Source: the human T2T-CHM13v2.0 reference genome, Homo sapiens. Taken from it: a stretch of DNA of 64,000 bases. This document shows positions 29,001-40,849 of this stretch, piece after piece (within the stretch, counting starts at the first letter, position 1; the number at the start of each line of letters is the position of its first letter). The translations under genes were made by a program, and so were the position numbers. Under the pieces are notes generated by a model. The model ran no database searches. It saw nothing but the letters and a program-made list of their open reading frames with translations, and was not told the DNA's origin. The DNA lies in the NCBI GenBank assembly GCA_009914755.4, contig CP068257.2, forward strand, positions 9,056,001 to 9,120,000, written 5' to 3'.

Positions 29001-31914
29001 AGGAATCAGAAATATAAAGCCTTTTTATCACATACATGATTCAACTGGCAAACTTATTTAAATTTATCGCTATTCTTTCATGATTCTTTAAAAAAAAATC
29101 CTACAAAATGAGTTCACACTGTAAACTGTTTCCCAAGTATAGCAGGAGATTTCATAGAAATATATTTAAAGAGGATTAGTTAAGTTTTGAAAAACTAGTA
29201 TGTACCTTTATATAATTACCAAACAGGAGAACAAAATATTATATTATATTATGATAAACCTTTCATTATTATTTTTTGTCATAGTATCAAATGTCTATAT
29301 ATTTGCTTCACATTTAACTATTGACACTGGTAGTTTGAAAGCCTCTTAGTCTTTCTTGCTGTCTAATGGATGCTTGCTTAACGGACCTTGATAATATTGT
29401 AGGCTTGAATTTATATAAATCTTACCTCCAGAACACACAATCCAATAACTACCTATCCTATACAGATGGTCCAGATATTCTACCTATGTCTTTCTGGTCT
29501 CATTCATAGAAGTTATTTCTACTACTAGTACACTCTTCTCATGAGAAAACAAATAAAAAACAAAAACAAAAAAAAAGTCTACTTCCTCTTCACTCTCTTG
29601 CTTCTGCTCCATCTCATGAATTCTATTTGCTGGTTCTTTGTTCATGGAAACATTGCTTGGATCCAGAATGTGACTTTGCTTTCTGTGGTGCTGGCTCTTC
29701 TGCTAGCTTCTTTCCTTTAATCTTTTTATTAAAAATCATTCTAACATATTTTATTTTCAGCGTATTTTCTAGCAACATTCATCAGAATTAATAAGGAATC
29801 TCTGCTTAAAGTTAAGCATTATGGCTATGTAAGTTAAATGAAAGCATATTCAACATGTATAAATATTGGCATACAGCATAGCATCCAAGGACATAGTCTT
29901 AAAAGATAATTAAAACACTTAACTTTTATATGTGAGAGCTTGTTTTGAAAATGAAACTCTACACCCATACACAAACATAACATTTAGCAGAAAATTTTCA
30001 AGTTTTTTCAAAGGAATGTCACCTACTATGATCACAAAAGTTGGATGTCAGGAGTAATTAATTATCTCATACTTTTAGCCACAATGCTTAGACAGTAGGA
30101 ATTAAAGTTTTAAATTGGGACATAAATCTGGAATAAAAAGTTAAATTGGCTCTGTGGGATCTTATGTATAACTAAGAATGCTTATATTTTTCACCAAACT
30201 ATTCTCTTTTAAAGGTTTGCTTTATAGCCAATTAATTTTGCTGTATTGCGAGTCATGTATTTAATAATGAGAAAAAAACATGTTTTCTATATGTTGTTTT
30301 AGAAGAGATGGAAAAGCACTTCAGAATTTTGTCAGAAAAAAAGAAATATGTATCAAAGTAATTTTTCACTTTGTTACAAATTTGAGTGTGTCAACATCTA
30401 CTCTATATATTAAAGTCTATTCGACACATGCATAAATAATGGAATTAATAATATAAAATATAAATGACTGTGCAAGTAAGTTGACAAATTGTTGGAAGTT
30501 ATTTGCTAGAACATGAAAGTCAAATAATAAAAGTTGGGGAATACCAAAATATCATGTGCTTTTTTATCTGTCTAGGGAGATTGATTACTTAATCCACTTC
30601 TTTTTAAAGCTTCATGAGCACTCAAATATATTGTAACTCTTTCTGAATGAAAACATAATATTCATACAATGAGCGTGAGGATTTCATGTTGATCTTCCTA
30701 TTGTCTTTTAACAACAAAACAACCTTTCAAACATAACAATGTAAAACAAAAATTATTTGAGTATCTAACAGACTTCTCTTGGAGAAAGAAATATACTGAG
30801 ACCCAATTTGCTGTAGAGAGTGAGATTCGAAAGCATATTTTAGAAGAAGGGAGAGAAATTAAAGAAAACCTTAATTTCCTTAAATAAGAAATGCTGAAGT
30901 TCCACCTCTAGAATGGCTATGTGAAGAGCTCCATGAATCTTTTATAAAATTGTTGAAAATTATACAACAACCATCACCTATGTCACTTGAAAAGTCTTAA
31001 TGGTACATAGAAAATGATGAAGTATTTATTCAAGAAAATCTACTGAAACTAAGAACAGTAAGAGTTTTTTTGCATTTTATCCACAACCCATTCTTACCTC
31101 TCTTTCTCACAGACTATCTTGATATAAATTCTACTCAAGGCAATGTAGCCAAGAACACAGAACTTTTACTAGACCCCACTGGGGGGCTATAGCATCTTTC
31201 TGGGAGTAATAGTACATCAGAATTTTTCATTTCAACCCCCACCTACTGCCACTACCTGTTCTTGAGATTAAGCTTTTGTGGAATGTGGCCAAGAAGTAGG
31301 ATGTCACTTCTTCCTACCAGCTCTAATTCATGGAATGAGGACTGTTTGGGTGCAACACACTGAGAACATTGAGCCCTGATTGCCTTCTTTCTGGTTTGTC
31401 TGTAAGGCAAAGTTCTCATTCCAGGAGTGGCAAGCTGAGATTACCAATGGCTACTTCTCATCCCAGTGACCCAGTCTCCAGGAAGGGCTGTCACTCCGAG
31501 AGGAGAATGCTGCTCTCTTTGCTGCAATCACCAGAGCCAAAGCTCAGAAGCTTTGCCCAAAGGAAGGGGCAGAACACAGAGCAGAGAGTGTAAAGCTTTT
31601 CCCAAAAGAAGAGTTTGGGGAAATTCAACCATAAGGGTACTTTGAAAAACAATGAAGTGATGGTAAAAAGCAAATAAGAGAGACTGGCACTTTATTAGAG
31701 ACATATGCTTTGAAACAAATATCAGCTAGTTTACCAGGAATAACCCAGGAAAAAGACAGCTAAGAAGAGCCCCTCTGGTGTCAGGAAGAAGTTTCAAATG
31801 CTGAACAAATGAAAAGACCTGAAATAATAAATAAGACTGTTAATATAACAAAAGCTGTAAATACATAGTACGTTTCTTTTTATCTCTTTTTTTAAGACAT
31901 AAAATTACGTCAAG

Positions 31915-32285
31915 TGTGTTAGTCTGTTCATGCTGATACATATATATACCAGAGACTGAGAAATTTTTAAAGAAGAAATTTATTTCTCATAGTTCTGCAG
32001 GCTGGAAGTTTAAGATCAATTTGTTGGCAGGTTTGGTGTCTGCTGAGGTGCCTTGAACACTGCATCTTCCAGAGGGGATGAATGCTGTATTTTCATATGG
32101 TGGAAAGAATGAAAAGGCAAAGGGTCCTAATTCCCTCCAGCCCTTCTATAACACACTCATACCATCCATGAGGACAGAGCCCTAATAGCCTAATCATACC
32201 CTCAAGGTTCCAGCTCTTAATGCTGTCACATTGAAATTAAGTTTCAACATGAATTTTGGAGAGGACAAAACAACAAACCATATCA
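31915..32285 (-). mobile_element. MaLR LTR (THE1/MST/MLT-like), minus orientation
   Basis: tgtgttagtctgttcatgctgata...catagttctgcaggctggaag...caacaaaccatatca is the reverse complement of the LTR layout seen at 6866-7233 (tgatatggtttgg...agactaa). Confidence 0.65.
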
Positions 32286-32289
32286 TCAA

Positions 32290-34600
32290 GTAACATAAAC
32301 AATAAATTATTGGGTATATAGCAAATATAGATGTAATGTGTACAGCAACAATAGCACAAAAAGGAGAGCCAAAGTACACAAAAGTGAACAAAAGTAAAAT
32401 TTATATATACATATGGCACTAGAATTGTTATGCATCTACAATTGATTGTGATAAGATGTCTACAGTAAACCCTAAAGTAGCAATTCAGGGAAACATTGAA
32501 AAAACATAGATAAAATATTATTAAATTCAATGTTTTATAAAAAATACCTAATTCAAAAGAAAGCAGTAAAGGAGGAATAGAGGAATGAAAAGACATAAGG
32601 TATACAGAAAACTGAAGTAAAATGATGGATGTAAATCTAACTGTACTAGTAACTTCATGTGAAAATGAATTTAAATATTCAAATAAAAGATTGTCAGACT
32701 GGAGGAAAAACAAATTAAATAAAGAAGATCCATCCACATGTTGTCTGCAGGAGACACACTTTAGATCCAAAGATGAAAATTCATAGAAAAAAAGGATGGA
32801 AAAGTTATATGATGCAGGCAGTAACCGCAAGAAAGCTGGAATTGTTATATTAACATCAGAAAAAAATAGACTTTAAAACAAAAGGGGTTACAGAGGTAAA
32901 GGGAGATATTTCATAAAAATAAAGGTCCAATATCTCAAAAATAAATAATAATTATAAGCATATATATGTGTGATGAAAAGCCTTCAAAATCCATTGACGT
33001 AGAAACCTCCAAAAATGGAGATTAATTAGACAATTTAACATACTTCTTGCAGCCTTTAATACTCACTTTCAAAAGTGGATAAAATGACTATGCAGAAGAT
33101 CGATAAAGAAATAGAACACTTGAACAATACTATAAAATAACTAGACTGATTAGATATTTAAAGAACACTGTAACAACAGTAGATTCTCAAGTGCACACGC
33201 AACATTACCCAGGAATACCATATCCCAGGCCATAAAATAGACCTCAATGAATTTAAACATTGGAATAATACAAAGTATATTTTCAGACATTAATTGAGTA
33301 AAATAATAAATCAGCAATAGGAAAATTTGGGAAACTCAGAATTATGTGGAAATTAAACAACATGCTATTAAATAAACAATGGGCCCAAGAAGAAGTAGTA
33401 AGATAAATTAGAAAATACTTTAAAAAAGATAAAATACTTTAAGAATGCATAATATCTCTTATGTGATGCAATCAATGTAGTTCTCATACTCAAAAATAAC
33501 ATTCTCTAACCTGCCACCATAAGGCATTGAAAAAAGAGCAGCAAATTAAAACTACAGCAACCACAAGAAAGTATTAGGGATATACAAATTAGTGAAATAG
33601 AAAATACAGAAACAATTGAGATCCTCAACAAAGCCAAAAATTGTTTCTTTGAACACATCAGCAGTGGCCACAATTTAGATAGACCGATCAACAAGAAAGA
33701 GAAACTATTCAAGTATTAATGAAATTTTTAAAAGGACACTAAACTTAAAGAAATAAAAAATTATTATAAAAGTACCTATGAAAAAATATATCTAAAATTT
33801 AGATATTTTTTAAGAACTGGACAAATTCTAAGAAAGATTCAAATTAGCAAAAATGAGTCAAGGAGAAATATAAAATCTTATCAAGTAAAGAGATTTAGTA
33901 ATCAAAACTACCACCTCAGGAAACAATGACAACAGCAACAAAATCTTCTAGCCAAGAATGCTTCTACCAAACCTTCAAAGTTGAATTAATACAATTATTT
34001 ACAAACTTGCAAAAAAAAAAAAAGAGAATACACTTCCCAGTTTATTCTATGAAGCTAGTATTACCCTAATAACAAAACCAGACAATAGCATCAAAAAAAA
34101 AAAGAAAACAAAAACACAGAACAATATCTTTAACAAAAATAGATGGAAAAAATCCTCAGCAAAATGCTAATGATCAAAATCCAGCAAAACATAAAACATA
34201 TAATATACTATAACCAGGCAGGACTTATCTCAGGAATGCAAGAAAAATGTAAAATAAATGCATCATTACATTACCTAGAGTCAATTATATTGAGTTTCAT
34301 TTTCCCTATTGATTACCTATTAAGTTGCTTCCAGTTTTACAGTATTTCCTACTGCCATTCCTAGACTCATATCTGGACTGTTTCACAGTATCGACTTTAG
34401 AGAACATAGAGGGATAATCTTCGAAATAAAGAAATAATACTGTTCATTGATTTTAAAATCATATATATACACACACAAATAGTCAAAAAGTCATTTTAGC
34501 CAAAATGAATTCCATCTCAAAGAAAATAAAATAACGAAATGATACCATCAAAAAGAGATGAGAAAATGGAGGAAATGAATATTGGAAAATAGAGTCACTG
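32290..34600 (+). mobile_element. Ancient L1 (L1M/L1P-like) fragment spanning ORF1 3' end through ORF2 EN and early RT
   Basis: 32690-32880 translates to L1 ORF2 N-terminus (DPSTCCLQETHF..KGWKK.Y.A....KKAGI.IL.S.K.DFK); 34190-34290 gives ...YNQAGLISGMQE..NI.KSI.. (RT region); A-rich composition; frameshifted and decayed. Confidence 0.8.
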
Positions 34601-37600
34601 ACTTAATTGTTGGATTTCTAGTGAAGCAGGTAAACAAATTAAATTCTCTTCTGTAGAGTTATCCTATCTAGGGCCACATGTCTTTAACCTGGCACCAACA
34701 AAGTACTAAAACCATATAACAAAGCATTCTTTTATTAATTCCATATTCATCAAATGATTTTCTGGTATACATTTGGGTCCTCATGTAACTTTGTCTATCT
34801 AGAAAGAACACTTTTGTTAATTTAAAAGGAATATTTCAGTTCCTACAGCATTTCTTTACATTAACTGGTTTAAGTACCGATCTCCGTTAGTTAATGTTAG
34901 TATACCCCTAACGAAAACTGGATTAATAATCAGGTATCTGGGCAGGAAATGCTGTGCCTCAGGGTCTACTAGCAGTGAGTGAGTAAGGAAATGATTCTTT
35001 GTGTCTTTCTGTAGTAAGGCATTCATAGCTTGTTTTACAAAGCATAATTATAGCTACCAATATTTTGGAGCCATAGATCATCAGTAAAAGGCTATATTTG
35101 TGTGCAGAACGTTTGATATAAAAAGTTAAGACTTCTAATCTTATTTTGTTATAACTTTTCTAATTATATGCTATTGTATTTTCAGATATGAATACACACA
35201 ATGAAAACAACTAAAAAGACAAAATTACCATTCACAGTTTGCCTTCTTTCCATCAAAAATTGGTCTCATGTCACATAAATGTAGTTTATTTTAGAGATGC
35301 AGTGTTCCTTTGTATTCATAGCATCATCACTCAAGATGGTAATTATTATGGTGAACATCTGGGTCATTACACTGGCTTATCCTTTTACAGATTGGTATGA
35401 AATTGGATCTTATCCTTAAGCTCCAATGTCTCTATGGCCCTGATAATGTTGAAAATGCAGTCCTCACTGTACCTAACCTTAGGAAATGAATAAATGGCTA
35501 TTTGGAGTCCTGGCTCCCTTTGTGCTTTTATATTCCTGAGGGCATGGCTTTATAATACTTCACAGAATAAGACTAATTGTGAAACATTTGGATGTAAGTT
35601 GATTTGGATGTCCTTGATTACACAACATCTGCATGTAAGACAATACATTATTTTCAATTATGATTTTGTCAAGTTCTCAAAATATAGGATTGACTTTTAA
35701 CTGCAAGTATTTCTGTGTGCTGGCATAATACCATTTGTGCTATTTTCTTATATTTATTCTATGTATTAAAAGAGGATATTAAAAGGATTTTTGTGCTTAC
35801 TTTAGACAATAATTTATTATGAAAGTTTACTCATAAATATGCTGGACAGTCATTTCATAATAAAGTATGACATTCTTTCCTTTATGTCTCCCCAAGGGTA
35901 AAGATCATTCAAGCACAACTATCTCCTGTATCGGTATTTATTCACCTAAATAGACTGTTTTGGTTAAAATTTTAATGAAAAGTCATGCTTATATTACTGT
36001 ATAATTTTGTATATGCATGAATATTTATCTGTTCAAAGTAGAAATGTAGTTGACATGAAGGGATGTCTGCCTAGTTCACAAAAGTATGACCATGGAAATA
36101 TCATTTCTATGATACTCCCTCATTAGGGAGCTATTCCTTTGTCACTCCAACCTTGAAACTGTCCCTGTGCAGTACTTTTTGATCCAAGTAATAGACCCAT
36201 GATCTGAGAATAGTCAAAGTGCATCTCAGATTTTTAAGAGTTGGAGACAGTGAAGGTTTCACTTCTGATGGTATATGTTGTAAGAATGAGTCTGTATCTG
36301 TCAGTGCCAAATTAAGTAAGATGGAATAAGAATAAAGCTGATGCTCAGAGAAGGGGGAGTGAGAGTTAGAGGTAGTATTGACTATTGAAAATCCGTCCTG
36401 AGGTCAGACCCACAAATGCATTTTGTTATTTTATTTCAATACTGATAAAACCTTTTTATGGTTATAGTTCAAATTAGTTTTTTTCAATTTCAACTGAAAT
36501 AACAGGTGTAAAAAACCACAAAAGTACCCCATTTCCCCTTGCAAATGTATTGCTCTGAAGCTAGAATGATGTTGAAATACTGGAGGTCAACCTAAAATGA
36601 TACTATTTTACTGATGCCTTCATTTTTAGTATATTTTCCTTAGATTTTACAAGAGGTAAAAGCATCTACTATAGATGTGTTACCTTTTGAGGTTGCTTGT
36701 AGTCTTCATATCTGGTGTGTAGCTGCGACAGTGGAACACGATGGAAAGACTGGAAATGATACAATTCCAAAAAGCTGTTTTTACAGTGTGAAGCCTAGCC
36801 TCAGAATAAAATTCCAATACTATCACGCAAAAAATTACTAGGTTTGCACCAAGTATGAATAGGTTGGAAAACTAAAAAGGCCTATGAGGCCCTATAAGAA
36901 CCACCTTATTAGTGTTTAATAAAGGTAAAGTACGACAGAAATAAAATGCAGGAAATCATTGAAAGTCTGTCTTTCGGGAACAGAGCCTTTCTCCCTAAAG
37001 ATCCTTTCTCAGTCTCACAGACACATTTTATCTGTATATTATAAACCTTCAAGATTTGAGCTTACTATAATAATTTAAGGGAAGTGCAGAAAAGTCTTTA
37101 TAGCAGGCTCCCTCATACATTGTTGGTCATATACTTAAGCCAAGTTGTGTAAACCATCAAACTAAACATTCTCAACGATGTAGACCAGTTGGCACTAAAC
37201 TTAAAGCAATATATTATGAATCACTAACTAGCACATGCCATTTTCATCTTGCTCACGGGTCAGTGTTATGCTTCCAATGCATTTCTAGATATAAATATTA
37301 AGCTATTCCAGTCCAACTGTAAGAGAGCCCTCCCTTATGTAGCCATACATTAACATATATGAGAATGTAAGATGTGTTGAAGAAAAAATATCAAAGGATT
37401 GAGAAACCTACATAAATTTTAAAAACAATTAAGAGAAGACCAGGCTATATTTAATGTCATCAAAGATAATTCTAGTGCATTTTCATTATTTTTTCACGTG
37501 GCTTTTCTTTCTTTTCCCCTTGACTGATTCTCTAACTAGTTTTAATCAATTTTATAGAATAATCTGCGTATAAGGCACACATTTTAGTCCAGTTCAGTTT

Positions 37601-38014
37601 TACAAATTTATGAAGCTAGTTAACCACCTACACAATCAAATATAGAATATTCCCTTCATCTACACATTTATTGTACGACCTTTACCAATGAATTCCCCAC
37701 TTCAACCCCAGAAAGGTTTAATGCATTCTGTCTTTATATAATTTCAAATTTTATTTACATGAAAGCATACAATATTTATTATTTAGTATCTGCCTTCTTT
37801 CCTCTAGTATATGACAAAAATTCACTTTTTTTTTTTTGTACAAAGGAATGACAATCCTTCAATTGTAAAAACTAAACATGCCACCCAACTAATCACATGC
37901 CTTAGGGTATATTTCTGAAAAATAAGATACATATTTTAAAAGCAACTTTATTAAAACTCAGGGCTATTAAAGTATATATACAAATACAACACTAAAAAAT
38001 AAAGTTACGTTTCC

Positions 38015-38670
<656 letters not shown>

Positions 38671-38799
38671 AAACAACCCAGATAATGGAAGCAAGTATTT
38701 GCAAACCATGCATCAGGCAAGGGGTTCATACACAAAATATATAAAGAACTCAAACTACTCAAAAGCAAACATACAAATGATCTTATTAAAGAAATATAC

Positions 38800-40033
38800 C
38801 CCAAACCTTTGTCCCCCACCATTATTTCCCTACCTTCTTTTCCTGGCGGCCTTTGGCCCCCTCCCTCTCACCACTCTTTTTCTTTCACCATCTGCCCCCA
38901 AACTACTTCATCATTTTTTGCCCACCCTCATTTCACAAAGCTGCCTCTACTCTCCTGCTCAACACCCTTTTCCCCATGCATCTACCCAAACCCTTTCCCC
39001 AGTTTCTTCCCACTGTCTTTTCCCCTTATCCCTGGCCAGCCTCTTTTTCCCCAACCCGCTCTCATCCATCTCTTTTGCTCTCTCAACCATCTCTTTTGCT
39101 CCTTTATCTAAGCAAAAACATTTTCCCCCGTCTTTTCCCAAAACCTTCTCTCCACTCCTGCTGCTCACTACCCTCTTTCCCCGCTTCATCCAACCAAAAA
39201 CTGTTTTCTTCATCGTCTTTCCCCCCGTTCCTCCTTGCCATTCTCTTTCCCTTCTCCATCTACCCAAAAACATTTCCCCCGTCTTTTCACAAAGCCTTCT
39301 CCCCACGCCTATTCACCTCTCTCTTTCCCCCTCCATCTACACACCAAAACTTTCCCCACCACCTTTTCAAAGTCTCCCCCCTTTACCACTAGTGCTGTTT
39401 TTTCTCCTACCCTGCTTGCCACCCTCTTTTTTCCCCTCCATCTACCCCAAACTATTTTTCTGTTGTTTTCCCAACCGCCATCCCTGCTACCTCTCGCCAC
39501 CCTCTTTCCTCCCTCCATCTATCGAAACACTTTTCACCCACCGTCTTTTCTTTCTTCACTGTCTTTCTTTTCTGCCACTGTCTTTTCACAAAACCTTGTC
39601 TTCCTCCTGCTGGCTACCCTCTTTTTCCTTCTCCCACTTGCTACCCTCTTTTGCTCAACCCAAAAACTTTTCTCCCCCACTGCATTTTCTCCACACTGTC
39701 TTTTCACAAAACCTTCTCTCCCTACTGCTCCACCCGTTTTCCCCCATCACCTCCCTCTCTTTCCTCCGCCCACTTGCCACCCTCTTTTCCCCCTCCATGT
39801 ACCCTTAAACTTTTTACCCACCGTCTTTCTGCAAAACCTTCCTTCCCTCCCACTCCCCACCCTGTTATTACACCTCCATCTACGCAAAAACCTTTTTCCC
39901 CACCATCTTTTCACCACCATCTTTTTTCAATTCCTTCTCTGGCTAAGCTATCCTTTTTTCCCTTTGGCCCTAACTACCCTCTTTGCTCCCCTCTATCTAT
40001 CCCAAAACTGTTTTCCTTCTCCTACCTCTCCAG
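38800..40033 (+). repeat. Pyrimidine-rich (CT-rich, nearly G-free on + strand) degenerate tandem array, ~13 units of 75-110 bp
   Basis: Recurrent unit ...caccctctttt(t)cccctccatctacccaaaaacatttcccccgtcttttcacaaa(a/g)ccttctc(c)cc..ctgct...; landmarks ccatctac at ~38968, 39260, 39335, 39441, 39517, 39795 (ccatgtac), 39877, 39985; gtcttttcacaaa recurs at least 6 times; all three + frames stay open (369-, 279-, 179-, 172-aa ORFs) purely from composition. Confidence 0.85.
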
Positions 40034-40230
40034 CCGCGATGCTATCTCTCCGTCACTGCCAACAACTGCAATGAGGCGAGCCGCGCTCCCGCGGCTCCAG
40101 CCTCCAGCATATAGCCACCGAATCCTGATTCCTAGTCCTCTACGTTGGGCAATGAGCAACTCGACATGAAGATACAGGAACCTGAAAAAAAGTGATCGCA
40201 CTTCAGCATCATTTATGTACTGCGGTAGTG
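40034..40230. promoter_or_regulatory. CpG-dense segment (CpG-island-like) forming the left outer arm of the inverted repeat
   Basis: ~12 CpGs in ~200 bp (ccgcgatg, gcgagccgcgctcccgcggctcc, caccgaatc, tacgttgg, ctcgacatg, gatcgcac, tgcggtag) in an otherwise CpG-depleted genome context. Confidence 0.6.
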
Positions 40231-40478
40231 CCCATGGAGGTTCCTGGACTGCATGTCTTGATTGGATGAGAAAAAAACCTCCAGGCTTACTCTGATTGGA
40301 CTTTATGATCATGTTCTGATTGGATGAGAGCAAGTCTTAACACAACCAATCACAGCATGAAAATAAAGTCCAATCAGAGTAGGCCTAGAGGTTTTTTTCT
40401 CATCCAATCAAGACATGCAGTCCAGGAACTGCATTTGCATAACCTCATATATAAAGGATGCTGAGGTGGCGTCAGGTC
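40195..40478. promoter_or_regulatory. Large inverted repeat with near-perfect ~190-bp palindromic core (40240-40428, axis ~40334) carrying 3x ATTGG + 3x CCAAT boxes; TATA-like element on each arm; candidate bidirectional Pol II promoter
   Basis: Left arm gttcctggactgcatgtcttgattggatgagaaaaaaacctccaggcttactctgattggactttat (40240-40307) is the reverse complement of 40362-40428 (one to two mismatches). ATTGG at 40261-65, 40295-99, 40319-23; CCAAT at 40346-50, 40370-74, 40404-08. Beyond the core the arms still align: minus-strand tacataaatgatgctgaagtg (40200-40220) vs plus tatataaaggatgctgaggtg (40448-40468). Confidence 0.6.
40433..40455 (+). promoter_or_regulatory. Octamer ATTTGCAT (40433-40440) followed by TATA box TATATAAA (40448-40455)
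   Basis: gcatttgcataacctcatatataaagg; spacing and the upstream CCAAT boxes at -39/-73/-97 resemble H2B-type or Ig-type promoter architecture; predicted TSS ~40478-40485. Confidence 0.45.
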
Positions 40479-40479
40479 A

Positions 40480-40808
40480 TTTCAGACTCTTCTGTGTCGA
40501 GTGGAGGAGCAACTCTGTGCCCAGCTTAGAGGACTGGAAGAGGCCGCAATCTTCCGCCTGCTGGAGGGTGGAGGATGGATGGAGCCTGGAACCTGGGTCA
40601 CTACCTCGCTGCAGTTGGTGGTGGCGATAGAGCAGTAGGAGAGCATTCGGCAGCAGGAGCTTCTCCTGCTGGGCTGGAGGACTAGAAGGAAGAGGCACTG
40701 CCACATGCTGGAGGCTGGAACCTGTGCCACCATGGCTCGCCTCGCTGTGGTTGGTGGTGACATCGGAGACTGCAGCTCAGCCACAGTGGTAGAAATGTGA
40801 TGGTGTAG
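40480..40808 (+). other. Candidate transcribed segment / first exon (non-coding or decayed): perfect Kozak ATG at 40732 but 22-codon ORF, ending at AG|GTGAGT donor at 40807-40814; contains a ~128-bp internal tandem duplication (40588-40716 vs 40717-40808)
   Basis: gccaccATGGctcgcctcgctgtggttggtggtgacatcggagactgcagctcagccacagtggtagaaatgTGA; tggtgtagGTGAGTttttcc; CpGs retained. Confidence 0.25.
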
Positions 40809-40849
40809 GTGAGTTTTTCCGGGCCTGCCCTGTATGCCTCTGGGGTCAA

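Noticed and set aside
32237-32830. 197-aa minus-strand ORF
   Set aside because: It lies antisense within an ancient L1/MaLR junction in AT-rich DNA. The peptide is a low-complexity F/L/Y/C-rich string with no domain resemblance.
38699-40169. Four long overlapping plus-strand ORFs (369, 179, 279, 172 aa), the longest in the window
   Set aside because: They lie entirely in the G-poor pyrimidine-rich tandem array, where stop codons cannot form. All three frames are open simultaneously and the translations are P/S/L/F low-complexity strings with repeat periodicity, so this is a compositional artefact rather than a CDS.
40200-40460. Histone H2A/H2B divergent gene pair, suggested by the CCAAT + octamer + TATA bidirectional architecture
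   Set aside because: No histone-like ORF (for example MPEPAKSAPAPKKGSKK or MSGRGKQGGKARAK) exists on either side in any frame. Only the promoter architecture resembles histone loci.
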